This document shows, one piece after another, positions 27,675 through 36,803 of a stretch of DNA of 64,000 bases (its first letter is position 1; every line of letters begins with the position of its first letter). The DNA is from Deltaproteobacteria bacterium (GTDB lineage: Bacteria > Myxococcota_A > UBA9160 > SMWR01). A program made the position numbers and the translations under genes. The stretch covers positions 36,166 through 100,165 of the forward strand of contig JAQBGU010000181.1 of assembly GCA_032128375.1 (NCBI GenBank), read 5' to 3'. Under the pieces are notes generated by a model, which saw only the letters and a list, made by a program, of their open reading frames with translations, did not search any database and was not told where the DNA came from.

Positions 27675-28300
27675 ACCAGATTGCGAACGGAAGGCTTTCC
27701 GGTGTGCGGCGCGTACGGGTCGGAACGATGAATCCACCGAAGCTCGAGGCCGTACGAGCGGCTTTCGCTGCCTTCGCGCCAGAAGTGGAAGTCGATGGGG
27801 TCGACGTCGATAGCGGCGTCCCAGAGCAGCCGGTCGGGTACGACGAGATCATCCGCGGTGCCCGAAACCGCGCTTCGCTGGCTGCGGCTTCATCGGAATG
27901 CGATTTCGGCGTGGGTATCGAAGACGGGCTGGTCGCGCTGCCAGTGGTGGATCCCGGAACGACCGGGAACTCGCACATGCATGTTGGCTGCGCCGCGGTC
28001 ACCGATGGCCGCCGTACCGCGTATGGCTTTTCTTCGGCGTTTGCCTATCCGCCGGCTTGTTCGGAACCTGCAGTGCGCGAACGCCGCCCGATTGGAGAGA
28101 TCTTCGATCGGCTTTGGCAGCAACGGGGAGCCATGCTGGCCGATTCGGCCGCGCACGTCCCATCGGCGATGACTGGCGGCAACATCGGTCGGCTTTCCGA
28201 GGGGGTCCTGACGCGTAGTGAGTACGCGCGCCACGGTGTCCTGTGTGCGTTGGTGGCCTTCTTGCAGCCCGATCTGTACGGGATCGACCCGGGCAACTGA
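27671..28300 (+). CDS. yjjX: Inosine/xanthosine triphosphatase (YjjX/DUF84)
   Basis: GTMNPPKLEAV, SGVPEQP, GARNRA, VGIEDG and GNIGRLS...TR. Confidence 0.85.
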   Translation: MNQIANGRLSGVRRVRVGTMNPPKLEAVRAAFAAFAPEVEVDGVDVDSGVPEQPVGYDEIIRGARNRASLAAASSECDFGVGIEDGLVALPVVDPGTTGNSHMHVGCAAVTDGRRTAYGFSSAFAYPPACSEPAVRERRPIGEIFDRLWQQRGAMLADSAAHVPSAMTGGNIGRLSEGVLTRSEYARHGVLCALVAFLQPDLYGIDPGN

Positions 28301-29655
28301 TGCCGAATGCACGGAATCCGGAACGGGTCATCGCGTCGATCGACGAGTTGGTCGATTCCATGCGAGCGGGCGAAAAGCCTCCCAGCGACTGGAAGGTCGG
28401 GACCGAGCACGAGAAGCTCGGTCTTCACGCCAAGGATGCCAGCCTGATCGAATACGGCGGCGAGCGTGGGATCGGCGCTCTGCTCGAAAGCATGGCGGAA
28501 ATGGATGACTGGGAACCGGTTACCGAAGACGGCAACATCATCGCGTTGCACAAGGACGCTGCCAGCATCACGCTCGAACCGGGCGGTCAGCTCGAGCTGT
28601 CCGGCGCACCGTTTCGCACCATTCACGAGACCCACCGCGAAATCGAGGCGCACCTGGATTTGGTCCGGCGGGCATCTGAACCGCTCGACATCGCATGGCT
28701 CAGTCTGGGGATGCACCCCTTTCACGCAGCCGATGAAGTTCCAAGCATGCCCAAAGCCCGCTATCGGATCATGCGCAGCTATCTGCCAACGCGCGGCTCC
28801 CGCGCGATGATGATGATGTTCGCTACCGCGACCGTACAGGCAAACTTGGATTACGCCAGTGAAGCGGACATGATCGAGAAGGTCCGAATTTCGCTGGCCA
28901 TTGGGCCGATCGTCTCGTCGATCTTCGCGAATTCGGGCGTTTCGGAGCGCAAATCGAATGGATTTTCGTCCAAGCGGCTGTACGCCTGGACGGACACGGA
29001 CCCCGATCGTTGTGGAATGCTCCCAATCGCGTTCGATCCGGATTTCGGCTATCGGCGCTATGTCGAGTGGGCCCTCGATATTCCGATGTTCTTCGTTTTT
29101 CGCAATCACGAGTACCACGCCGCGCACGACCAGACGTTTCGTCAGTTCCTGCAATCCGGCCGGGGAGAATTCCGTGCGACCCTCGCAGATTTCGAGAACC
29201 ATCTGACGACTCTGTTCCCCGATGTTCGCGTCAAACAGTTCATCGAAGTTCGCGGTGCGGACGCGGTGCCTGCGCGTCTGCTGTGCGCGCTCCCGGCGAT
29301 CTGGAAGGGTGTTCTGTATAACGCGGATGCCCGCGCCGCTGCCTGGGAGCTGATTGGCCGCGCCAGCCAGGCCGAAAGAGAACACGCCCAGCGTGACGTC
29401 GCGCGCCACGGTATGGCCGCCCATTACGCTGGGCGACCGATTTTGGAGTTGGGACGCGAGCTGGCGGAGATCGCGCGACGCGGTCTGGCCAAGATCGGAC
29501 ACGCCAGCGAGGACAGCCCAGACGAGGCCCTCTTCATGGAACCCGTCTTCGAGCAACTCGATCTGGGTGAGAGTCCCGGTCAGCTGATAAGCGACCGCTG
29601 GGACGGAGATTGGAACGGATCCGTAGATCGCTTGATCGAGTACGCACGGTATTGA
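28300..29655 (+). CDS. gshA: Glutamate--cysteine ligase (plant/alphaproteobacterial type)
   Basis: VGTEHEK, TLEPGGQLELSGAP, MPKARY, VQANLD and HLTTLFPDVRVKQFIEVRGAD. Confidence 0.92.
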   Translation: MPNARNPERVIASIDELVDSMRAGEKPPSDWKVGTEHEKLGLHAKDASLIEYGGERGIGALLESMAEMDDWEPVTEDGNIIALHKDAASITLEPGGQLELSGAPFRTIHETHREIEAHLDLVRRASEPLDIAWLSLGMHPFHAADEVPSMPKARYRIMRSYLPTRGSRAMMMMFATATVQANLDYASEADMIEKVRISLAIGPIVSSIFANSGVSERKSNGFSSKRLYAWTDTDPDRCGMLPIAFDPDFGYRRYVEWALDIPMFFVFRNHEYHAAHDQTFRQFLQSGRGEFRATLADFENHLTTLFPDVRVKQFIEVRGADAVPARLLCALPAIWKGVLYNADARAAAWELIGRASQAEREHAQRDVARHGMAAHYAGRPILELGRELAEIARRGLAKIGHASEDSPDEALFMEPVFEQLDLGESPGQLISDRWDGDWNGSVDRLIEYARY

Positions 29656-29721
29656 TACAGTCGCGCCTTGCGGGGGGCACCCATTCGAAGCTCGCTCACC
29701 CAGATGCGCGGAGGTTCCACA

Positions 29722-30288
29722 ATGTCAAAGTTCAAGGTCACGTTCACGCTCGATGATGAGGACGCGAATTACTTCCGCGCGCTGTATCGAAAGGCCAAGA
29801 AGAATGCGAAGCTCGCTGACCCCGAAAAAATTCTCCGAGAAGCGCGGGGAACCGTCTCAGAAGTTCGCAAGTCGAAGAAGACGCCGAAGTTCGTACTCGA
29901 CGCGATCGAAGTCCTGGCAGATCTCACGGACCTCGTAGTCGATGCGGACTACGCGGCACCGCAGCGCGTCAAGGACGAGGTGTTGGCCGGGGTGGCGTAC
30001 TTTTCAAACCCCGACGACTTGATTCCCGATGACATTCCCGGACTCGGATTCCTCGACGACGCCATCATGGTGAAATTCATCGAGGAAGAGTTCCGGCACG
30101 AGCTGTGGGGATATCGGAAGTTCAAAAGGGCGCGCGATGTTTCTGAACAGCGACCGTGGTCCGACCCGGGCAAGGAGCGGCTGAAACGACGGCTCGAGAA
30201 CGACCGCAAGAAAATTCGAGCGCAAATCGCCACCCGCGAGGCCAAGGCGGTCGAAAAAAAGAGCAGCGAAGGCAGCTCGGGCTGGTAG
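29722..30288 (+). CDS. YkvA/DUF1232 family protein
   Basis: YFSNPDDLIPDDIPGLGFLDDA motif; GGAGG RBS. Confidence 0.85.
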   Translation: MSKFKVTFTLDDEDANYFRALYRKAKKNAKLADPEKILREARGTVSEVRKSKKTPKFVLDAIEVLADLTDLVVDADYAAPQRVKDEVLAGVAYFSNPDDLIPDDIPGLGFLDDAIMVKFIEEEFRHELWGYRKFKRARDVSEQRPWSDPGKERLKRRLENDRKKIRAQIATREAKAVEKKSSEGSSGW

Positions 30289-30355
30289 CGCCGATCCATA
30301 CTGGAATCGATGTGAACACAGAGACGCAAAGTGATCGCCACGTGAAGCGTCGATC

Positions 30356-31504
30356 GTGACCCACTCGAGCCGTCCCCGAATTCTGGTTGTCGACGATGAG
30401 GAAGCCATCCTCGAGACGATGACATTTACCTTCGAAGACGACTACGACGTCTTCACGTCCAGCGATGCGCGTCGGGCGCTCGACGTGCTGGAGAAAAACG
30501 CGCCGTTCCACGTGGTGCTGACCGACCAGCGCATGCCGAACATGAGCGGGGTCGAGTTTCTGGCGGAAGTGTGCCGGCGCCACCCCAACACTGTGCGGAT
30601 GATCCTGACTGGCTTTTCGGATATGGACGCGATCATCCAGGCGATCAACGACGGACATGTCTACGCGTACATCACCAAACCCTGGGAGCCGGACCAACTC
30701 AAGCTGTTGATGAAGCAGGCGGTTGAGCACTACAATCTCAGCGTCGAGAACATTCGTCTGCTTCTCGACCTACAACGCGTGAACGTCTACCTCGAAGCCG
30801 TCATGGACCAATTGGATACTGGCGCGTTGGCAGTCGACGCCGACGGTATCGTTCAGGCAGCGAACCGTCCGGTCCGGGACTACTTGGCCCTCGAGGGCGA
30901 AGTTCGGGGCCGCGCGCTCGCGAGCATTCTGTCTGAACACGGTCTCGATGTGGTGGGAGCCGCCGCGATGAAGATCGCCGGCGACGATGCCGTCGCCTAC
31001 GACGAAATCGAAATCGAGATGGGCAACCGGAGCCATAGGCTGCGGATCACGACCAATATTCTCCACGATGAAACCGGCGCACCGCTCGGTCGCGTCATAC
31101 AACTGCGAGAGATTTCGCACGAGCCGATCGTGCGTCGTTTCAACGAGATCGTAGCATCGGTCACGTCGGCCGAGGGAGCGCTTCGCGTACCGCTCGAATC
31201 GGCCCAAGCGAATCTTCGTGAACTCAACGAGCGAGTCAAGAATTCGCGAGTCGATTCCCCCGGTATGATGGAGTTGGCCGATCGGTTGTCACGCACGCTG
31301 ACCGCGACCCAGAACTGGCTCGACGTCGACTACGCAGTCGCGAACGAGGACTTCCCGGACGCCCAGCTACTACAGGATCGGATGCGCATCGCGATGGCGC
31401 GCTGGCCGCTGCCTGACGAGATCCCTGATCGCGTTCGAGGCCTCGCAGAGCGGGTCGAGCATTACTATGAGTCCGGCGAAAACACCAAGAAGCCGGTTCT
31501 CTGA
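30356..31504 (+). CDS. Response regulator: REC + PAS + uncharacterised helical C-terminal domain
   Basis: VVDDE, TDQRMP, TG, KPW; PAS-like (AVDADG..AN); no recognisable output domain. Confidence 0.85.
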   Translation: MTHSSRPRILVVDDEEAILETMTFTFEDDYDVFTSSDARRALDVLEKNAPFHVVLTDQRMPNMSGVEFLAEVCRRHPNTVRMILTGFSDMDAIIQAINDGHVYAYITKPWEPDQLKLLMKQAVEHYNLSVENIRLLLDLQRVNVYLEAVMDQLDTGALAVDADGIVQAANRPVRDYLALEGEVRGRALASILSEHGLDVVGAAAMKIAGDDAVAYDEIEIEMGNRSHRLRITTNILHDETGAPLGRVIQLREISHEPIVRRFNEIVASVTSAEGALRVPLESAQANLRELNERVKNSRVDSPGMMELADRLSRTLTATQNWLDVDYAVANEDFPDAQLLQDRMRIAMARWPLPDEIPDRVRGLAERVEHYYESGENTKKPVL

Positions 31505-31511
31505 GGGAACT

Positions 31512-33194
31512 TTGAGCGAGGCTCCGGCCCTCGAACGTCTCGTGCTTCGCATCGAGCGTGTGAAGGTCACGTTTCGCTTCACCTACGCGTTCCACGCGCG
31601 CGATGTCCGCTTCGAGTGCGACCGCGGCGATGGTTTCGTTCGCGTGTTCCCGGAGACGTTTTCGTTCAACGCCGATCGTCACGACCCGGCCGAGCTCTAT
31701 CTGCAATTCGACGATCTTGCGCGGAAGCCGGAACTGATCTCGGCGGGTGCCAACCGCCGAGATGCAGATCTGTTGATTTCACGCCTCCTGCTCGAGTTGC
31801 CCCGATACCTCGAGCGCGTCCTCACGAAGTTGGAAGTCGAAGGCCGGATCACCGCGGACCGGCTCATCCGCGTGTACGAAGACGTGGCGCTGATCACGCA
31901 GATCTTCATACGCTTTTCGGGATCGCTCGATGTCGAAGAGCGCTACGGGACGATCCTGGCAGCGCTGTTGCTGCGAAAGCTGATGTGGCGGACCCTGTTT
32001 GCGCTGCTGCAGCGGCGCGTGAGCCCCCAGTATCTGGAGGACTACCTGGCCGGCAGCGTAGATCCGATCGATCCAGCGGACGATTTATCAGAGGCAGGCT
32101 TCTTCTACACGCTCGAGAACGGACAGGCCGAATCGGTCAACCGTTGCCTGGTGCGTCTGTCGGAACGCGCGTTCTATCGATGGCTCGAGGATGTATGTCT
32201 CGACGAGAACAACGACGCATTCGGCATCGAGGGGTCGCCATTCGAGGATCGTGAGACCGAAGTTCTCGCTGCAATCAGTTCGGGCGAGGGTAGTCGAGAA
32301 GACCGGGGACCGATCAGCCGTGGCCGCGAGCTCAGTCCGTTCTTACGGCGCATGGGAAATCTCGATAATCTGCGCGTATTGAAGAAGCTGGAGGCCTGGT
32401 TCCTTCGGCAGTACGACGTATATCACGCCGCCATGGTGATCAAGCACGCGGATAACATCTCCCGATCTCGGAACGACGCAGACTCGATCTTGTCTCGCCA
32501 CAGCACGCGCAACTACCTGGTCGCACTGTCGGTGCTGGTCTCGCCGTTCGCCGCCGCGATCTTCGCCTATGACCGGGAACCTGCGGTCTTCGACGTGATC
32601 GGTTCAGTGGAGTCGGCCGTCGCGTATACGGTCGTGTTGTGGTTCATGCTCTATCGGTTTTGTTGGCAGCGCGATCTGACGTTCTTCCACATGCTGGTAC
32701 CGCGGATCGCTGCCGGGATCATCGTCGGATATCTGCCGATCTTCTTCGTCGACGAGGTCTGGGACCTTGCGCGGAGCTCTTGGATCGAATTGACGAGCAT
32801 CTCGCTGTTGATGGGGTTCTTGACGTTGTTGTACCTGTACGTCGAGGTGCAGCGCCGGCTCGGCAGCTCGGCTGTGGCTTTCGCACGCGCACGCCAGATC
32901 TTCCTACTCGGCGTGCTCCAGGCCTTCGGAGTAGGGATCATCATGACCGGGCTGGTGGGGCGATTCATGGTCGAGCGCAATTGGTCGAATGGACCGGCGG
33001 GGGGAGGATCGACCCCCGTGGCGGCGCTGGGGGACACGCTCGCACCGTTCATCGGCAAGCTACCGATGGTGATCGGGGTCGAGCCCTTCTATCAATTTCC
33101 GTCGGCAATCTTTATGATGACTTTCCTTTCGTTTTTCATCGGAACCTTTCTCCAGCTGATGTGGGAAGACATCCCGATCACCGAGCCGCTTTGA
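31512..33194 (+). CDS. Hypothetical membrane protein (soluble N-terminal region, about 6 C-terminal TM helices)
   Basis: Long ORF with hydrophobic C-terminal segments; TTG start 8 bp after the previous stop. Confidence 0.8.
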   Translation: MSEAPALERLVLRIERVKVTFRFTYAFHARDVRFECDRGDGFVRVFPETFSFNADRHDPAELYLQFDDLARKPELISAGANRRDADLLISRLLLELPRYLERVLTKLEVEGRITADRLIRVYEDVALITQIFIRFSGSLDVEERYGTILAALLLRKLMWRTLFALLQRRVSPQYLEDYLAGSVDPIDPADDLSEAGFFYTLENGQAESVNRCLVRLSERAFYRWLEDVCLDENNDAFGIEGSPFEDRETEVLAAISSGEGSREDRGPISRGRELSPFLRRMGNLDNLRVLKKLEAWFLRQYDVYHAAMVIKHADNISRSRNDADSILSRHSTRNYLVALSVLVSPFAAAIFAYDREPAVFDVIGSVESAVAYTVVLWFMLYRFCWQRDLTFFHMLVPRIAAGIIVGYLPIFFVDEVWDLARSSWIELTSISLLMGFLTLLYLYVEVQRRLGSSAVAFARARQIFLLGVLQAFGVGIIMTGLVGRFMVERNWSNGPAGGGSTPVAALGDTLAPFIGKLPMVIGVEPFYQFPSAIFMMTFLSFFIGTFLQLMWEDIPITEPL

Positions 33195-33266
33195 TCCTGT
33201 TACAGTCCGGGTCTGGTTGCACGGTTGGCAGGCGCCGATCGTGGCCGGCCCGAAGGTGAACCCAAG

Positions 33267-33521
33267 ATGCAGAAAATTGTCATGTACACGAAAAACGCCT
33301 GTCCCTCTTGCTCGATGGCCCAACAGTTGCTCGCATCGAAAGGGGTTGAATGGGAGGAGATCAACATCGAAACGGGCCCGGAGCTCCGCAACGAAATGAT
33401 CGGGCGCAGCGGCCGGATGACCGTGCCGCAGATCTTCATCGGCGAAACCCACGTCGGGGGCTTCGACGATCTGTATGCGCTCGACCGGGCCGGAGACCTC
33501 GACCCGCTTCTCGCGGAGTAG
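33267..33521 (+). CDS. grxC: Glutaredoxin 3
   Basis: CPSC, TVPQIFIG and GGFDDL. Confidence 0.92.
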   Translation: MQKIVMYTKNACPSCSMAQQLLASKGVEWEEINIETGPELRNEMIGRSGRMTVPQIFIGETHVGGFDDLYALDRAGDLDPLLAE

Positions 33522-33565
33522 GCTGAGCGAACGATCGGTGTCCTTCTCATACCGTATCAATCCGG

Positions 33566-33604
33566 ATCACGTATCGATATCACGTATCGATATCACGTAT
33601 CGAT
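33566..33604. repeat. Perfect 13-bp tandem repeat x3
   Basis: ATCACGTATCGAT x3 between grxC and trxB. Confidence 0.95.
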
Positions 33605-33660
33605 AGTTCAGTCCGCTGTCTGCTTGGGGAGTTGGAGGACGAAAGAGTGAAGGAAAGGTT

Positions 33661-34605
33661 GTGAAGGGAGAAAGCTCGCAACATCGCCGGGTCATCATCA
33701 TCGGGAGCGGACCCGCGGGCTACACAGCGGCAGTGTACACCGCCCGCGCCGAACTCGAGCCGCTGGTATTGGCGGGTCTTCAGTTCGGCGGTCAACTCAT
33801 GCTCACCACTGACGTCGAAAACTATCCGGGCTATCCCGACGGCGTGACCGGCCCCGACATGATGGAGATGTTTCAAAAGCAAGCGGAGCGTTTTGGAACC
33901 GAGATTCTGATGGAAGACGCCACCGCGATCGACTTCTCGCAGCGGCCGTTCCGGGTCTCGACGGCGGAGCGCGCCTACACCGCGGACGCGGTGATCTTGG
34001 CGATGGGCGCATCCGCGAAATGGCTTGGGCTCGATTCTGAAACGCGCCTGATGAACAAGGGGGTCTCCGCGTGTGCGACCTGCGATGGCGCGCTATTTCG
34101 CGGCAAACCCATGGCGGTCATCGGTGGCGGTGACACGGCTCTCGAAGAGGCGTTGTTTCTGACGCGCTTCGCGACGCGCGTATCGCTGGTTCACCGGCGC
34201 GACGCGCTGCGCGGTTCGAAGATCATGCAGGAACGCGCACGCGCAAACGAGACGATCGAATTCGTCTGGAACTCGACACTCGAGAAGATTCTCGGCGATG
34301 AGTACGTGACCGGGATTCGAACACGCGACGTGAACACCGGCGAGAGTTCGGAGTTGCCGGTCGAGGCGGTTTTCATTGCGATCGGCCATCAACCCAATAC
34401 CCAGCTCGTGGCTGGCGTGATCGATCTCGACCCGGTTGGGTACATCTCGGTCGAAAAAGGCACCAGTCGGACCTCGGTCGAGGGGGTGTTCGCCTGCGGT
34501 GACGCGATGGATTCAGTGTATCGACAGGCCGTGACGGCGGCCGGGACAGGCTGCATGGCCGCGATCGACGCCGAACGCTGGTTGGCCGCACAGGGGTTCG
34601 AGTAG
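33661..34605 (+). CDS. trxB: Thioredoxin reductase
   Basis: GSGPAG, GGQL, CATCDG, GGGDTALEEA, HRR and RQAVTAAG. Confidence 0.96.
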   Translation: MKGESSQHRRVIIIGSGPAGYTAAVYTARAELEPLVLAGLQFGGQLMLTTDVENYPGYPDGVTGPDMMEMFQKQAERFGTEILMEDATAIDFSQRPFRVSTAERAYTADAVILAMGASAKWLGLDSETRLMNKGVSACATCDGALFRGKPMAVIGGGDTALEEALFLTRFATRVSLVHRRDALRGSKIMQERARANETIEFVWNSTLEKILGDEYVTGIRTRDVNTGESSELPVEAVFIAIGHQPNTQLVAGVIDLDPVGYISVEKGTSRTSVEGVFACGDAMDSVYRQAVTAAGTGCMAAIDAERWLAAQGFE

Positions 34606-34672
34606 TCGCTGCGTACGCTGGGCCTGTTGCGCCAGGGGCGGCCCCTCTGTTACACAAACAGCCTTCGATTCG

Positions 34673-35065
34673 ATGGTGAGCGGCGCCGTCGAGCCTGATC
34701 AGCCCGCGGAGCAGCTATTGGAATCATCGCTAATCAGCGGTCCGGTGATGAGCCTCATCGGCACTACGACGGTTTTTGTCGTGCTGGTGTGTCTCGTCGG
34801 GGTGGTGGCTATGCTGGGCCGCTGGTTGGCTGAGAACGCGGCCACGCTACCTGCCGCACAAGCCACCGCTTCCAACGCCCGTGCAAACGCTGGGGCAGCT
34901 TCCGCAGAAGAATCAGACGAACAACCAGAAGAAAATCTGTTGCTGGTGGCATTGGCCAGCTACGCGTATCACCGGAGCCGGGGGGCGAGCGCCACAGCTC
35001 CGACGCAGACAACCGAGTGGTCGAGCGCCGGCCGCGTCCGGCAGATCGCCTCCTTTCGCCGATAG
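34673..35065 (+). CDS. OadG/MmdD-like membrane anchor subunit of a Na+-translocating decarboxylase
   Basis: Single TM (GTTTVFVVLVCL), Ala-rich linker, W..AGR C-terminal motif; precedes the biotin carrier and beta subunit; start uncertain. Confidence 0.75.
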   Translation: MVSGAVEPDQPAEQLLESSLISGPVMSLIGTTTVFVVLVCLVGVVAMLGRWLAENAATLPAAQATASNARANAGAASAEESDEQPEENLLLVALASYAYHRSRGASATAPTQTTEWSSAGRVRQIASFRR

Positions 35066-35098
35066 TTCGCCGATAGTTCGCCGATAGTTCGCCCATAG
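35055..35098. repeat. 11-bp tandem repeat x4 that copies the stop codon
   Basis: TTCGCCGATAG x3 plus TTCGCCCATAG; the first unit contains the TAG of the upstream gene. Confidence 0.95.
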
Positions 35099-35126
35099 TC
35101 GCCCGCAGCGTATCAGCAGGAAAACA

Positions 35127-35561
35127 ATGGCAACCTACAAGGTCAAGAGTCAGGGGGTAGAGCACACCGTGACGGTCGTCGACAAGGCGACCGGCGGTGG
35201 CAAGGTCACGATCGACGACCAGGAGTTCCATGTCGAGTTCATCGGTGGCGAGGTTGTACCCGTCGCAGCGAGTTCGCCAGCGGCCTCTGTTGCTGTTCCG
35301 GTAGCGGCTCCGGCTGCGGCGCGGGCAGCTGCACAAAGCGCAGTCGGGCCTGGAGCGATCGTCGCACCGATCCCGGGCAAGGTGATCGCGATCCACGTCA
35401 GCGTTGGCGATACCGTCACCCAGAACCAGGTGGTTCTGAAGCTCGAGGCGATGAAGATGGAAAACGACATCGCAACGCCAGCGGGCGGAATCGTCAAGGA
35501 AATCGCCGTGAGCGAGGGCGCCGAAGCTTCGGCTGGCCAACTGCTCATGGTGATCGGCTAG
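35127..35561 (+). CDS. Biotin carboxyl carrier protein (MmdC/GcdC-like)
   Basis: Ala/Pro linker, APIPGKV and EAMKMENDI. Confidence 0.92.
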   Translation: MATYKVKSQGVEHTVTVVDKATGGGKVTIDDQEFHVEFIGGEVVPVAASSPAASVAVPVAAPAAARAAAQSAVGPGAIVAPIPGKVIAIHVSVGDTVTQNQVVLKLEAMKMENDIATPAGGIVKEIAVSEGAEASAGQLLMVIG

Positions 35562-35574
35562 AGAACCCACACCC

Positions 35575-36708
35575 ATGTCGAGCGGTCTCGTCGAATTCCT
35601 GCAGTCGACCGCTATCGGTCACCTGATCGTGAACCCCGGCGCATTGATGAACGTGGCAATGATGGGCGTCGGGTTGATCCTGATCGGACTCGGGATCGTC
35701 AAGAAGTACGAGCCGTTGTTGCTGGTGCCAATCGGTTTCGGAATGATGATCGGCAACGTTCCGCTCGGCGAATCATCTCCTGCGACCGAGGGTGTGATCC
35801 ACTTCCTGTACTTCGGCGTGAAGCACGAAATTTTCCCCGCGCTGATCTTCCTCGGCGTCGGCGCGATGACCGATTTTTCGGCGATGCTCTCTCAGCCTCG
35901 GTTGATATTGCTGGGCGCAGCGGCCCAGGTCGGCATCTTCGCCACATATTGGGGTGCGCTTACACTCGGATTCACCCCCCAGGAAGCGGGCGCGATCGGG
36001 ATCATCGGCGGTGCTGATGGTCCGACCACAATCTTCCTCACCGCGCGTCTTGCTCCACACCTGCTTCCGGCGGTGGCTGTAGCCGCATACGGCTATATGG
36101 CGCTCGTGCCGATCATCCAACCGCCGATCGTACGTCTTCTGACGACGAAAGAAGAGCGGCTGATCAAGATGCCGCAACCCCGCGAAGTCTCTCGGACCGA
36201 GCGGATCATCTTCCCGTTGGTCGCGTTCGTTCTGTGCGTGCTGTTTGCCCCGAAAGCGACGACTCTGCTCGGCATGCTGTTTTTCGGCAATCTGCTGAAA
36301 GAATCGGGTGTTACCGAACGACTGGCCGCAACCGCGAGAACTGCATTCATCGATTCGGTGACGATGATCTTGGGTCTGTGCGTCGGAGCCGGCGCGACCG
36401 CCGAGCGCTTCCTGACCCCAGAGTCGTTGCAGATCTTCGGTCTCGGGTTGCTCGCCTTCAGCGTCGCAACGGCTTCCGGCGTGATTTTCGCGAAGATCAT
36501 GAACATGGTCTCGAGCCGTCCGGTGAACCCGATTCTCGGCGCCGCCGGCGTATCGGCAGTACCCATGGCCGCCAGAGTCGCGATGATCACGGCGCAGAAG
36601 GATGACCCGACCAATTTCCTGATCATGCACGCGATGGCGCCGAATGTCGCCGGCGTGATTGGATCCGCCGTAGCTGCCGGTGTGTTGCTCGCGTTGCTCG
36701 GTAACTGA
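35575..36708 (+). CDS. oadB: Na+-translocating decarboxylase beta subunit (OadB/MmdB/GcdB)
   Basis: YEPLLLVPIGFG, GIIGGADGPT, GVSAVPMAARV and NVAGVIGSA. Confidence 0.93.
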   Translation: MSSGLVEFLQSTAIGHLIVNPGALMNVAMMGVGLILIGLGIVKKYEPLLLVPIGFGMMIGNVPLGESSPATEGVIHFLYFGVKHEIFPALIFLGVGAMTDFSAMLSQPRLILLGAAAQVGIFATYWGALTLGFTPQEAGAIGIIGGADGPTTIFLTARLAPHLLPAVAVAAYGYMALVPIIQPPIVRLLTTKEERLIKMPQPREVSRTERIIFPLVAFVLCVLFAPKATTLLGMLFFGNLLKESGVTERLAATARTAFIDSVTMILGLCVGAGATAERFLTPESLQIFGLGLLAFSVATASGVIFAKIMNMVSSRPVNPILGAAGVSAVPMAARVAMITAQKDDPTNFLIMHAMAPNVAGVIGSAVAAGVLLALLGN

Positions 36709-36803
36709 CCCCAACTGGTGCTGAGCACTTCCGCGCGCTCCAGCACACTCCTCGCTTCGCTGCCCTTGCCTGGCGCCGGCGGTCGACTTACGCTTTTTTC
36801 CTC

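Noticed and set aside
33267..34605. Selenocysteine (UGA) recoding in redox genes, given selA
   Set aside because: Grx (CPSC) and TrxB (CATC) use Cys codons; I saw no in-frame TGA interrupting a recognisable gene.
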